Source: an uncultured Chthonomonadaceae bacterium (GTDB lineage Bacteria > Armatimonadota > Chthonomonadetes > Chthonomonadales > Chthonomonadaceae). Taken from it: a stretch of 62,132 bases of DNA. Positions within the stretch are counted from its first letter, which is position 1. Each line of letters starts with the position of its first letter. Under the pieces are notes generated by a model. It ran no database searches. It was not told the origin of the DNA and saw nothing but the letters and a program-made list of their open reading frames with translations. The translations under genes were made by a program, and so were the position numbers. Positions 39,668-50,053 of this stretch are shown here, piece by piece. The stretch covers positions 1 through 62,132 of the forward strand of contig CAWIEK010000007.1 of the NCBI GenBank assembly GCA_963835065.1, given 5' to 3'.

Positions 39668-40939
39668 ATGAAAATACAGTACCGTTTGCTTACAAGCCTG
39701 ATGGTGGTTCTGACGGCCTGCGCTTCCGTGTCCGTTCGGGCGCAGACTGCCGAGGGGGATTTGACGGTTTGGCCGAACGCGCAAAGCAAAGCCAATTCGG
39801 ATGATTGGATACGGCTGCACCATCAGCAGATCAAGCAGATGCAGCCGCGCTTGTTGGTGCTGAACTTTGTGAACGGCCTGAGTACGGCGGAAGCGACCAA
39901 AAAAGTGGAGGCGATTACCGCCGCCCTGCGCGAGTCGTCGCGCTATCATGGCTATGCGCGTACAAGCGCGACCCCGTTTCTGGATTACAAAATCGTCAAA
40001 GTGGCCGACCTGACTGATGCTGCTCCCCTGCCGCCGGATCAGCAACTGGATGGCAACAGCACCCATTACCCGCGTACGCCGGACTGGAAGCAGGGCATGG
40101 TGAATTTTCAGTACGGCCAATTGTTCAATGACAAGTTTGCCGATCTTATCAACATACCCGACCCTGACGACGCGACGCGCATGTTGGGACTGTCGCAGTT
40201 GGTGAGTCGCGGAATGGTGAATGAGGTCTGGTTTGTGGCGAATCAGCGCAATTTTGGCGGGCCGCTGGAGTGCGTGGAGGTGAAGCAGGCGTATGACGAA
40301 AACCTGCGCAAACTGGCGGGAAGGGCAGTGCAGGCGGGGCCGCAGGCAAGCGATCAGCAAACGTTCATCGGGCGCAGCCTGCGCATTGTGCATGTCAACC
40401 CGGAGCGGGGGCCGGGCGCGACCATGACGGCTCTGAGCCACGCGCTGGAAAGCACGGCGGCGTCCGGCGCGATCCCCTATTTTTCCCGCTATTTTGCCGA
40501 ATTCGCCGGTTACGATTTGAAAAAGCGGTATCGGATGCCCTTCGACAGCTTTTATCAGCGCGGCGGAACCGAATTCGAGTATCCCGACGAAAACACGCTG
40601 GTGTACTACTGGAAAAGCGAGAAGCGGGTCGTTCATCCGTATGTAGCCGTTGGCGGCAACGTCAACTTTGTGCCTAATGCGCGGCGCGACGGCGACACTG
40701 CCAACGAAACCGCCGTGCTGTCCACCATTGAACACTACCGCCTGCTCGATGGGCCGGACGGCAAGGATCGGGCGGTTCCCTGGCTGCCCACGCGGTTCGC
40801 GCGTTATCAGGGCGTCGCCCCAGATGCGTCCGGCCCCTGGACGGTCTACTGGCGTCAGAACATGCCCGGCCTGGACAATCCCTGCAAGGACGATACAGGC
40901 AAGCCGATGCTCAACTGGTGGCCGTTTCTGTTTTACTGA
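39668..40939 (+). CDS. Secreted protein of unknown function, paralog 2
   Basis: 423-aa ORF with signal peptide, ending NWWPFLFY like paralog 1. Confidence 0.88.
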   Translation: MKIQYRLLTSLMVVLTACASVSVRAQTAEGDLTVWPNAQSKANSDDWIRLHHQQIKQMQPRLLVLNFVNGLSTAEATKKVEAITAALRESSRYHGYARTSATPFLDYKIVKVADLTDAAPLPPDQQLDGNSTHYPRTPDWKQGMVNFQYGQLFNDKFADLINIPDPDDATRMLGLSQLVSRGMVNEVWFVANQRNFGGPLECVEVKQAYDENLRKLAGRAVQAGPQASDQQTFIGRSLRIVHVNPERGPGATMTALSHALESTAASGAIPYFSRYFAEFAGYDLKKRYRMPFDSFYQRGGTEFEYPDENTLVYYWKSEKRVVHPYVAVGGNVNFVPNARRDGDTANETAVLSTIEHYRLLDGPDGKDRAVPWLPTRFARYQGVAPDASGPWTVYWRQNMPGLDNPCKDDTGKPMLNWWPFLFY

Positions 40940-41047
40940 GGAAGAGGAAGGGGGCAGGTTTCAGAGGTTGGGACGCATGAACAACGCAGCAAGCGGGCAG
41001 AATACAAGAATGTTTCGACTTCTCAACCCCAGCCTTGTTCTCCTCCC

Positions 41048-41545
41048 TTATTGTGCAAGACATTCTTCCACGCTCAGTATTCGGGCGGCTCCAGTGTCAA
41101 GCAGGTCTATGATGTCTTGGGTACGGTTTTCAAATGTTGCGTCTTTGTTTGGATTCTCTTGAATTTCAAGATGCCCTGCATTGTAGCCTGTCGTCTCGGG
41201 ATCAGTAAGCGTAAAGCCCATTTGCTTCAAATCATCAATAGGTAACCGGATGATTCGATAACCCTTCTGCAACAAGGTTTCAACATTCGAGTTCTTTTCC
41301 AGCCATCTCGCCAAGAAAGCAATTTCATCCTCGTTCTTCGCTAAAGCTAATTTCTCTTTTGCGCTTTCTATTCTGGCCTGCAAGACATTATAAGGAGTAG
41401 CAATGTCTGCGCGAAAAACGGATAATCCTGCTTCGCCCGGATCTAATGTAAAAGCAGCAGGGTTGACATTGCCCTTCCTGTCAATTTGGTTGGCAAGCCT
41501 GCGATAGACGTAGGCGTACAATGGTTCGTCAGATGTAGGTGGCAC
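41048..41545 (-). CDS. Hypothetical protein, possible ART/RES-like toxin fold
   Basis: VYRR...AF...GLSVF...GH pattern; function is inference. Confidence 0.7.
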   Translation of the reverse strand: MPPTSDEPLYAYVYRRLANQIDRKGNVNPAAFTLDPGEAGLSVFRADIATPYNVLQARIESAKEKLALAKNEDEIAFLARWLEKNSNVETLLQKGYRIIRLPIDDLKQMGFTLTDPETTGYNAGHLEIQENPNKDATFENRTQDIIDLLDTGAARILSVEECLAQ

Positions 41546-41569
41546 TGTGGCATCTGCGCTTCTGGGCAG

Positions 41570-42070
41570 TTACTCCTTGCGCATTGCCCGTATCGCATAA
41601 GAAAGAGCATCATCAACAGATACTTCCTGACGCGAAGAGAGTTCACCTGGCTGTTTAAGACCTACTTCGACTATTTGTGTGTTAGGTCGGAAGATCAACA
41701 ATGTTTGTCGCCGGTCAATTTTCCAGAACAGTTGAACGCCCCCATCTCTGGCAGCAAACACAGACGGCAGGTACAGAGGCTCACCTTGTGAGAGGATTGA
41801 TTGATACATCCGCTCCACAAAGTTCAGACCGCGCTCAATGCTTTCAGGGCTTGCGGGAGGTATCGCTTCTTCATCGTCTGCATCTTCGGGAATTGCCAAG
41901 TGTTCGATTTCTCTCCGCAGTTGAGCCAGTTCCTGTAAGTGCCGTGTTCCCGACCAGTTTATTACAAGTCCTATCTTGAAAGATGGTACCATATATTTTT
42001 TGTAGTCAATTGAGGTAGGCGTATAGCCAAGCAAAGATTGGTTTGTATGTTGAGTTGAAATAGTATTCAT
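41570..42070 (-). CDS. Hypothetical protein
   Basis: ATGA overlap with the upstream gene; P.VFAARDGGVQLFW motif. Confidence 0.75.
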   Translation of the reverse strand: MNTISTQHTNQSLLGYTPTSIDYKKYMVPSFKIGLVINWSGTRHLQELAQLRREIEHLAIPEDADDEEAIPPASPESIERGLNFVERMYQSILSQGEPLYLPSVFAARDGGVQLFWKIDRRQTLLIFRPNTQIVEVGLKQPGELSSRQEVSVDDALSYAIRAMRKE

Positions 42071-42822
42071 CGTATCAACTCCTGCATTGCGGGCGTGATG
42101 CTGGCATTGAAAACTTCATTCTTACGGATGCGAAGCTGTTCCAGCAAGGCCCATACGCTTCCATCATCGGCAGCCCAGGGCTGTTCAGGCCGCTCACAAA
42201 ACAAGTCTATGTCCAGCATGACGGGTATGGTATCCGGTACAACGGGTGGCACTAATGCCTCGTTGAGGATAAGCATACAATCCGGCGCAATGTCCATCTG
42301 TGGCACTTGCAGCTGCATGAAGTAGCCACTTAATCCCTGTTGTGGGAGGTCGTCTGAAACCTCCGGTACAATCCGCAGGTACTCTTTGAAGTCATGAAGT
42401 GTTGCTGGCAAATCCAATCGGTTAATGTAGCGCAAAGCGACACGCGCGACGTTGAGAGGTCGGCAAATGCGGCAATACAGGTTCCATAACTCCTGCGCCT
42501 CGGCTTGAAATGCCTCCCAACGATCATAAGGAGGCAATGTTTTGAACGTGAAGCCATCAGGACTGAGTTGCAGCACGGTTTGCTTGTCTTCACGGACAAA
42601 GGCGAACCCATGCGCTTGTATGGAAGCGTTTATGTTTGGTTCCTGCCCTCCCTGAAATGAATACTGCTCTCTCACAAAATTATGGCGCTCAGGAAAACGG
42701 CTGGCGATAGCATCCCCAACCTCACTCAACTGTGCCAGCGTGACTTCAGGCGGCAATATTATGCGCAGGTCAATAATGGCTTCGATTATAGGGGCTTTGG
42801 AGTAGTGTTCTTGCTCCATCAC
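42067..42822 (-). CDS. TIGR04255-family protein
   Basis: Y.KAPIIEAIIDLR, PY.RWE.F, RVALRYINR, LDID, LR..KN.VF..SIT. Confidence 0.8.
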   Translation of the reverse strand: MMEQEHYSKAPIIEAIIDLRIILPPEVTLAQLSEVGDAIASRFPERHNFVREQYSFQGGQEPNINASIQAHGFAFVREDKQTVLQLSPDGFTFKTLPPYDRWEAFQAEAQELWNLYCRICRPLNVARVALRYINRLDLPATLHDFKEYLRIVPEVSDDLPQQGLSGYFMQLQVPQMDIAPDCMLILNEALVPPVVPDTIPVMLDIDLFCERPEQPWAADDGSVWALLEQLRIRKNEVFNASITPAMQELIR

Positions 42823-43213
42823 GGCTCACTCTGTCGTTTCTGAACATTCATCATTCTAAGTTGTTGGCGGTTTGCTGTCCATCCTGCAAAAATCATGCCG
42901 GTATGAACATTCACCTGTACGTAATCATTACGCAAACGATTTCCAATTCAAAAGAATACCCTGCCCTCGCCGGTCAAGAATAGCGCGCGTCATTCTACCA
43001 TGTCTGTCAAGCCACATTCCCCGTACACCCGAAAAAGGAAGTTTCAACGCCAAGCAGTAAAGCAAAGCAAAGAAAAACCGGCGAAGCGTTTACCGCTTTC
43101 CGGTTCCTGTGTGTAGCGCCAAATTGAAGGTAGGTAAAAAGTTGAGTAAGTATGCTGCTACTCAGGCCAGCAACGTAAAGTACGTGACTCAAGACTAGGG
43201 AACATCTGTAAAA

Positions 43214-43286
43214 TACGCCTGGTTGGATTCGAACCAACGGCCTCTTGCTCCGGAGGCAAGCACTCTATCCACTGAGCTACAGGCGC
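43214..43286 (-). tRNA. tRNA-Arg (anticodon CCG); CCA not encoded
   Basis: GCGCCTG-TA-GCTCAGTGGATAGAGT-G-CTTGC CTCCGGA GCAAG...GTTCGAATC cloverleaf. Confidence 0.95.
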
Positions 43287-43297
43287 GTAACAGGCAT

Positions 43298-43326
43298 ACT
43301 ATACCGCAGGTTAAGGAATAAGTCAA
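43298..43326 (-). promoter_or_regulatory. Sigma70-type promoter of the tRNA
   Basis: TTGACT-N17-TATAGT on the minus strand. Confidence 0.7.
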
Positions 43327-43435
43327 GGGGTCAGGATTTCAGGGGTCAGGAAATTGCCTTGTTAAAAACAACATCCCCGCGAGTGAACAAGCAGGAATTC
43401 CCTGAACCCTGACCCCTGAATCCTGACCCCTTGAC
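43321..43435. repeat. Inverted repeat with (GGGTCAG)-type units
   Basis: AGTCAAGGGGTCAGGATT..CAGGGGTCAGG / CCTGACCCCTGAATCCTGACCCCTTGAC. Confidence 0.8.
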
Positions 43436-44515
43436 TTATCTATCCCGCTGCACCACATAACTCGTCAGGGCGGCGAAGCAATCGCGGGCAATGGAGGGCG
43501 GCAGGAGCGTCAGGGCGTCGTCGCTTTGCTCCACGAATTCGCGGGCCACTTCCCGCGTCTGCTCGAAGGCATCGTAGCGCGCCAGCACGTCGCAAATTTC
43601 AAGGACTTCCTCATCGCGCAATCCGGCGCAGCCGAATGCCGCCAGCAGCCGGGCGCGTTCGGCGGAAGTGGCGGCTTTCAAGGCCAGCAGGAACGGAAGG
43701 GTGGCGCGTCCGTCCTTCAGGTCGCTGCCCCGCGGCTTGCCCGTAATCAGCGGGTCGCCGGTATAGTCCAGCAGGTCGTCCGCAATCTGAAAGGCCATGC
43801 CGAGCCGATAGCCGTAATCGGCCAGCGCGGTTTCAATCGGCGCTTCCGCGTTTGCCAGCATCGCCCCGCACCGGCAGCAGCCCTCCACAAAACTCGCGGT
43901 CTTCTTGCGCAGAATTTCGTAGTAGTCGGGCAGGGGAAGATCGGCGTTGCCCGTCGCCGCAATCTCCATCACTTCGCCTTCGCTCATTTCAATGGTGATT
44001 TCCGAAACCGCGCGAATGATGCGCAGGTCGCCGTCTATCGCCAGCAGGCGCATGGAGCGGGCCAGAATGTAATCGCCGCTCAAGACAGCCACGCCGTTGC
44101 CGAACACGGCGTTGGCGGTCGGCTTGCCCCGGCGCGTAGCCGTGTTGTCCACCACATCGTCATGCACCAGCGTCGCCATGTGAACGAATTCCACTGCCGC
44201 GCCCACCGTTGCCAGCCGTTCGGCGTCCACGTCGTTGTTCACCGCTCGCGCCGACAGCGCCACCATTGCGGGACGCAGGCGCTTGCCGCCCGCATTCAGG
44301 ATATGGTGCGTCAGGGCAAAAACGGTGCGCGCGTCCGAACCCAAATCGGCGTTCATCCGCGCTTCCACCGCGCATAAATCGGGCTGCACGTAATCAAGGA
44401 AAGCCGCCTGTCCGCAACCCGTTCCCCCACTGCCTGACACCTGTTCCCTGTTTCCTGTTCCCTGTTCCCTGGCTTGTTCCCTCGCTGGTGTGACGATGTA
44501 CGTTGTGGCGCTCAT
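43436..44515 (-). CDS. Polyprenyl (hepta/octaprenyl-type) diphosphate synthase
   Basis: GGKRLRP, HDDVVD....RRG, KT, FQIADDLLD; follows menG. Confidence 0.93.
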   Translation of the reverse strand: MSATTYIVTPAREQAREQGTGNREQVSGSGGTGCGQAAFLDYVQPDLCAVEARMNADLGSDARTVFALTHHILNAGGKRLRPAMVALSARAVNNDVDAERLATVGAAVEFVHMATLVHDDVVDNTATRRGKPTANAVFGNGVAVLSGDYILARSMRLLAIDGDLRIIRAVSEITIEMSEGEVMEIAATGNADLPLPDYYEILRKKTASFVEGCCRCGAMLANAEAPIETALADYGYRLGMAFQIADDLLDYTGDPLITGKPRGSDLKDGRATLPFLLALKAATSAERARLLAAFGCAGLRDEEVLEICDVLARYDAFEQTREVAREFVEQSDDALTLLPPSIARDCFAALTSYVVQRDR

Positions 44516-44541
44516 GGGATGCCTTCTTTCAATAGAGAGGA

Positions 44542-44645
44542 AGTTGATAGTTGATAGTTGATAGGCTTCTTACGCAAAACTTTTGTTCGTCTCTAAAGAG
44601 TATGCGGGCAGATGTCTATCAACTATCAACTATCAACTATCAACT
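44542..44645. repeat. Inverted pair of (GTTGATA)n / (TATCAAC)n heptamer arrays
   Basis: Seen directly; overlaps the menG stop codon. Confidence 0.88.
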
Positions 44646-45395
44646 CTTCACTCCCAGATGTATGCAGACCGTGCCAAAGTTGAGGTCACGCACCTGCACG
44701 TCGCGCAGGCCCGCCCGCTCCATCACGGCGACAAGCTCCTCGCGCGATACGAACTGCTTCATGGATTCGGGAAGATAGGTGTACGCTTCCCGGCGACTTA
44801 AATGCCCGCCAATCCAGGGCAGAATGTGAAACAAATAGAAATCTACGAACGGCTTGTACCAGCCGGGACGCGGACGGTTGAACTCCAGAATCGCCACGCG
44901 CCCGCCAGTCTTGACAACCCGCGCCATTTCACGGACAGCGCGATCCAAATGCGCCACATTACGCACACCGAAGCCCACCGTGACGACATCAAACTGCGCA
45001 TCGCCGTAGGGCAGGGATTCGGCGTTAGCGACCATCATGGTAATCGGGCCGCAATTCGCGCCCGCGCTCGTCCGCGCCGTTTTGTCCAGCCCGTTGCGGA
45101 TCATCGGCTCACAAAAATCCGCGCCAATCACATTGCCGTTCGGCCCCACTGCGCGGGAAAGATCAATGGCAAAGTCCCCCGTGCCCGTACACACGTCCAA
45201 ACAATGGTCGCCCGGTTTCACGCCCGCCAGCCGCACCGTTAAGCGCCGCCATGCCTTGTGCTGATTGAAACTTAAAATTGTATTAAGCCGGTCATACTGC
45301 GGCGCAATGGCGGCGAACATATCGCGCACATAAGGCTCTTTGTCGCCCGTAAACAGCGGCTTTTTCTCCGCCGCGCTTGTGTTTTCGCCAGCCAT
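44640..45395 (-). CDS. menG: Demethylmenaquinone methyltransferase (UbiE/MenG)
   Basis: MF..IAPQYDRLN, LDVCTGTGD, FGVRNV, YTYLPES. Confidence 0.92.
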   Translation of the reverse strand: MAGENTSAAEKKPLFTGDKEPYVRDMFAAIAPQYDRLNTILSFNQHKAWRRLTVRLAGVKPGDHCLDVCTGTGDFAIDLSRAVGPNGNVIGADFCEPMIRNGLDKTARTSAGANCGPITMMVANAESLPYGDAQFDVVTVGFGVRNVAHLDRAVREMARVVKTGGRVAILEFNRPRPGWYKPFVDFYLFHILPWIGGHLSRREAYTYLPESMKQFVSREELVAVMERAGLRDVQVRDLNFGTVCIHLGVKS

Positions 45396-45498
45396 ATTCG
45401 CGTTCCAGGTGCTTTCTTTATCGCCCTCAACCGTGTCCTGCTAATCCTGCTTACGAACGGGTACAGACTTCGTTGCTTTTTTCACAAACTTTTGTGGC

Positions 45499-45527
45499 AT
45501 TATACCTCCTGCTCTGTAATGTGTCAA
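45499..45527 (-). promoter_or_regulatory. Consensus sigma70 promoter for menG
   Basis: TTGACA-N17-TATAAT on the minus strand. Confidence 0.78.
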
Positions 45528-45690
45528 TGCAAACGCGAACGCGAACGTGAACAGGGCAGACGCATCTAAATTGGAGGGTTACAAACCAAGCAAGGGGCTA
45601 ATTTTGTAGTATAAACTATAAAATGACCCAAATTAACGTTTATAAGGTATAATGCGCGTATCGTTCGTAGAGCCATTGCGAGGATTGAAC

Positions 45691-46164
45691 ATGACAGTTA
45701 TAGAGTTACAGACGCCGGAAGTGGAATTATTTCGTGGCGAGGAAATATTCTCTACAGGAGAATTGGCCGGTTTGCTCGGTGTATCACCGAACGACGTAGA
45801 TTCTTGGGTGAAATCAAAGCTCCTAACGCCCAATGTTAAAAAGGCAGCGGGGCAGGGCAGCCGCCGTCTCTACAACCGCAGTGATTTGCGGCAGGCGTTT
45901 GTGGTGCAGAAACTTCGCAGCGCCGGGTGGAAACCAAGTCAGATTATCAGAGCATTGGCGGCGATTGCCGCCGTACTGAAAAACCCTGCTTTGCTTCATA
46001 CCCCGCTTTTGGTACATGAAGACAATGCGCTGTTGATTGTCTGTCGTGAGAAGGGCAAGGAATTAACCTTGTTGGATGCCGCTAATCCAGGCCAGTACGT
46101 GATGGTGATTGCGCTTGAAACGCTGGAAGAACAGACCCGGCAAAAATTGGCACGGAGTAAATAA
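45691..46164 (+). CDS. MerR-type HTH regulator
   Basis: FSTGELAGLLGVS....SW, G.GSRRLY; TAATG coupling to the methylase. Confidence 0.8.
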   Translation: MTVIELQTPEVELFRGEEIFSTGELAGLLGVSPNDVDSWVKSKLLTPNVKKAAGQGSRRLYNRSDLRQAFVVQKLRSAGWKPSQIIRALAAIAAVLKNPALLHTPLLVHEDNALLIVCREKGKELTLLDAANPGQYVMVIALETLEEQTRQKLARSK

Positions 46165-49100
46165 TGGATGTGAACGCACTGCTGCAAGCCCTGGGTTATT
46201 TGAACTCCACGCGGCGATGGGTCACGCTGGAGAACGCTGATCCACGTTTGTCACACTATTATCGCCTCGCGCAACGCGCAGGCGGGAAGGTGAAGGATGG
46301 AGCTGCCGTTGTTGGAAGCTATGTGTACACAACGAGCCTGGAAGATCAGGTAACGCCTCCGCGTCCTGCTGTCTTCGTTTCTTATGCGTCTAACGAGCAA
46401 CAGGCGCGCGACATTCACCGGCACTTCTGGAACATGGGTGACTGTCCATTTGTCATTGTCGTTTTGGAGGGTTCAATCCGCGTTTATACAGGCTTTGACT
46501 ATGCCTACAACAACCCTGAGCGCGGCCTGATTATCGAACATCCCGTTTCCCTGCTTGATGAGGAACTGCCGGAGAGTCTCAAATCTTTTCATGCCGAAGC
46601 CATAGATAGCGGGCGTATTTGGACGCAGCAAGCGAAACGTTTAACGTCGGATACGCGCGTTGATTATCGCCTGCTTAACAACCTTAAAGAACTGAGCCAT
46701 CAACTTCAGAAGAAGCACGGCTTGGAGCGGCCTGTTGCCCATGCCCTGATTGGTAAATACATCTACTTCCGTTATCTGCGTGACCGCGACATTCTGGACG
46801 ACGATTGGCTTGCGATGAAGAACATTCGCCCGGAAGAGGTGTTTGGGCGAAACGCGACAGCAGAGGGATTTGAAACGTTGGCGACGGCGCTGCAAACTCA
46901 ATTCAACGGCGCGATTTTCCCCCTGCCGCCCGATGATAAAGGAATTTGGCGTACGAACGGAGCCATTCGTTTTCTGGCGGGAACCTTTCATGGCGATACT
47001 TTCGACGGGCAATTGGTTCTTGACTTTGGCGCTTACGATTTCTCCTATATTCCTGTGGAACTGCTATCGTCCGTGTACGAGCAATTTCTGAAAGCGGAGG
47101 GCAAAGGAGAAGGAGACGGTGTTGTTTATACGTCCGAAGCCCTGGCAGACTACGTGTTGGCCGAAATGGAAGCCGTCAATCCGCTGGAGCAAACCCATAA
47201 GGTACTGGACCCCTGTTGCGGTTCGGGCGTGTTTCTGGTACTGGCATATCGCCGCCTGATCGAAAAGTTGTGGCGGGAAAAGGGCGAACGTCCTTCGGCG
47301 GAAACGCTGAAGCGACTGCTGCAAACCAACATCTTCGGCATAGAAAAAGACCCTGAAGCCTGTGATATTGCTGTGTTCAGCCTGATTCTGACGTTGCTCA
47401 GTCACCTGGAACCGCCGGAACTACGCGCGAATGTGAATTTTCACTTTCCCACGCTGATTGGCGAAAACATCTACCATGCCGATTTTTTCGATTCCAACAA
47501 TTCCGTATTTCAGGAAAACATGCGCTTTGATTGGATTACCGGTAATCCACCTTGGACATCGGCGGATGAGCGCAACCCGAAACACGAGATTGCGCTTGCG
47601 TGGATGCGAGAAGCAACATTGCAAAAGCGTGTTGTTGGCGAACGTCGTTTAGATGAAGCCTTTACATGGCGCACAGCAGATTTGTTAAAGGATAGAGGAT
47701 GCGTCGGCCTACTGGTAAAAGCGACAACACTTGTAAATTCCTCGTCCTCAGCCTATCGTAAGGCGTTCTTCAAGCAACAGACTGTGCGCCGCGTATCCAA
47801 CCTATCTAATCTCAGGCGTATTCTGTTTATGGGGCCTGAAGGCAAACGCGCGGAAGCCCCCTGCGCCTGCCTAGTCTACGAAAAAACCGCACCGGGTACG
47901 GACAAGCCTTCCATTCTACACTTCGGCCCGTTTGTTGCAGATCAACTCCCCTTGCGAACAAGGGGAGGACAAAGGCGCGTCTGGACAATCGCTCTTTATG
48001 AAAGCGACATTCAGCAAATTGATTACAATGATGCTGTCGAAGATGTGCCTTATCTCTGGAAGACGGCTCTTTGGGGCAGTTTTCAAGACCGCCGCGCATT
48101 ACGAAGACTAAAAAAGGTTTTGCCTCGAACCCTTGGTGAAATCATCGCTGAAAGTAAATGGGTATTCGGCACTGGCCCCCATGTGAAAGCGGAAAATAGC
48201 AAGTCAAAAGGAACGTTTGTTTCAGTCGAAGCACTTGCAGGCAAAAGCATTCTAGATACTTCCCACCTAGACACACTCTTCTTTGTGCCTGATAAATTAC
48301 TGACGCTACTGCCACCAGAACGTCAATTCATAAGGCAAAGAGGTGGTAAGTCAACGCTTGATCTTATGTTTGCGCCCCATATTGTCATCAGCGCAACTCG
48401 CGCTGTTTACAGTGACAGGGATTTTGTTATTCCAGCACCCAAAGTTGGAATTGCTGCAACTGGCAAGGATGCTGACTATTTAAAAGCCATTGCTTTGTAC
48501 ATCAATTCAAGCGTAGCTCGCTATGCACATTTTTTCAGTAGTGCGCTTTGGGGCATTTATATTGGCACTATAAATCCTGAAAACGTGGGAGCAATTCCGT
48601 TTACAGACTTGTCGCCGCAGCAAGTAGAAATACTCTCAGCCGCCTACGATGAGTTTATGGAGCAGGAACGCGCGTACATTGCTGAACACGCTGATCAGAG
48701 AGGTTTATCGCTTGATTTACAAAGCGAAGTAGATGTGGTAGTTGAGGACACATTACGGATACCGAAAGATGTGAGTGCGATTGCACATGACTTTATGCGA
48801 GTGCGCTATCAGCTTCTGGAAGGAAAACCGGGGGATACTGCCAGCAAACCGCCTTCTTCCGCAGATATGCAACTTTACGCAGAAGAGCTTCGGGATATAG
48901 TAGATGGCTTTGCCCGCCGTCATCACTGCGTTTCAATTCTGGCAGGAGCAGAAGCCATTGTGGCTACTATCGAGGTAACAAATGCCTCGGAGCCACTTCC
49001 CGTCGAAATTTCGCAACGATGGAATACAACGGCCCGCCACATTCTAAATGCGGCTAATGAACAGCACAGCCAATGGGCTTACATACAGCGCAGTGTCCGC

Positions 49101-49244
49101 ATTTTTGACGGGCCGCGCGCGCATATTGTTAAAGCCGCTCGTTTACTGGATTGGACGCGGGCACAGGCGGTTCAGGATGCTGCCGACCTTGTTGCCGAAG
49201 TGTTGGATAAGACTACGCCTCATTATGAACAAGCCACTGCCTGA
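46164..49244 (+). CDS. N-6 adenine DNA methylase with C-terminal specificity region (Type IIG/Eco57I-like)
   Basis: YDFSYIPVELLSSVYE, GVVYT, LDPCCGSGVFL (motif I), GNPPW (motif IV). Confidence 0.9.
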   Translation: MDVNALLQALGYLNSTRRWVTLENADPRLSHYYRLAQRAGGKVKDGAAVVGSYVYTTSLEDQVTPPRPAVFVSYASNEQQARDIHRHFWNMGDCPFVIVVLEGSIRVYTGFDYAYNNPERGLIIEHPVSLLDEELPESLKSFHAEAIDSGRIWTQQAKRLTSDTRVDYRLLNNLKELSHQLQKKHGLERPVAHALIGKYIYFRYLRDRDILDDDWLAMKNIRPEEVFGRNATAEGFETLATALQTQFNGAIFPLPPDDKGIWRTNGAIRFLAGTFHGDTFDGQLVLDFGAYDFSYIPVELLSSVYEQFLKAEGKGEGDGVVYTSEALADYVLAEMEAVNPLEQTHKVLDPCCGSGVFLVLAYRRLIEKLWREKGERPSAETLKRLLQTNIFGIEKDPEACDIAVFSLILTLLSHLEPPELRANVNFHFPTLIGENIYHADFFDSNNSVFQENMRFDWITGNPPWTSADERNPKHEIALAWMREATLQKRVVGERRLDEAFTWRTADLLKDRGCVGLLVKATTLVNSSSSAYRKAFFKQQTVRRVSNLSNLRRILFMGPEGKRAEAPCACLVYEKTAPGTDKPSILHFGPFVADQLPLRTRGGQRRVWTIALYESDIQQIDYNDAVEDVPYLWKTALWGSFQDRRALRRLKKVLPRTLGEIIAESKWVFGTGPHVKAENSKSKGTFVSVEALAGKSILDTSHLDTLFFVPDKLLTLLPPERQFIRQRGGKSTLDLMFAPHIVISATRAVYSDRDFVIPAPKVGIAATGKDADYLKAIALYINSSVARYAHFFSSALWGIYIGTINPENVGAIPFTDLSPQQVEILSAAYDEFMEQERAYIAEHADQRGLSLDLQSEVDVVVEDTLRIPKDVSAIAHDFMRVRYQLLEGKPGDTASKPPSSADMQLYAEELRDIVDGFARRHHCVSILAGAEAIVATIEVTNASEPLPVEISQRWNTTARHILNAANEQHSQWAYIQRSVRIFDGPRAHIVKAARLLDWTRAQAVQDAADLVAEVLDKTTPHYEQATA

Positions 49245-49882
49245 TATACTTTCTGCGGATTGGTCATGGCCTAACTTTCGTCAGGATGCTCTGCAACTGC
49301 TCGTATGGGGTTATCAGCGAGTAGAAGTTGATGTACGCCGACGCAATTTGGAGGAGGATATTACTGGTCTGATTAGCACAGGCATTAACGCTGAATTCGA
49401 CGACATGGACGCGGCTGTTTACAGGTATTTCAAAATTTATTCTGTGAAGAATGAAGACCCTGTAAACGACACCGGGAAGTTCGGGAAGCAACGTCCCAAA
49501 GTAGACATCCTCATTGAGTGTAGCAGCACACAACCCCGTGTACGTTACCATTTTGAGGCAAAACGGTGCGCAAGAAAGCGTTTCAAAAGCAGGTACAAAA
49601 TTGACTGGTATGTACAAGGCATTGCGGCCTTTGTAGCAGGACAATATGCAAAAGAAGCGCCGGAAGCGGGAATGTTGGGTTTAATACAAAGCGACACCGC
49701 GCTATATTGGAAGGCAGAATTGTCAGCCAAATTGAGCGCAGGACTCCAGTCTAGCCTGCCGGAACACACTGACAGACTCAGCTATACCCATTCTGCCCGA
49801 TCTTGCAGTATCACAGCACCGACGAAATGACGGCACTTTTATTGATCTGTACCACGTTTTTCTGGACTGCACTCCTCCCTGA
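49225..49882 (+). CDS. Putative PD-(D/E)xK nuclease; frameshift near 49770-49800
   Basis: EEDIT, KVDILI, FEAKR; alternate frame supplies SQHRR...IDLYHVFLDC*. Confidence 0.7.
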
Positions 49883-50053
49883 TAGTCTGTTCAATTACCT
49901 TCCCTAAGCGCAGCAGAGTACCACCCAAAGCGCATAAACCCCGTGTGACAAAACAGCCTGTTTCTTCCGTACTGAATCATAGAAGGTGTTGGATATTGAG
50001 GCTGCTGTCCTATATTCCCCGTTTTCCATCCGCTGTACCTGGAAAACGCCGGT

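Noticed and set aside
40940..43214. tRNA-integrated island with att duplication
   Set aside because: No integrase and no second copy of the tRNA 3' end were seen
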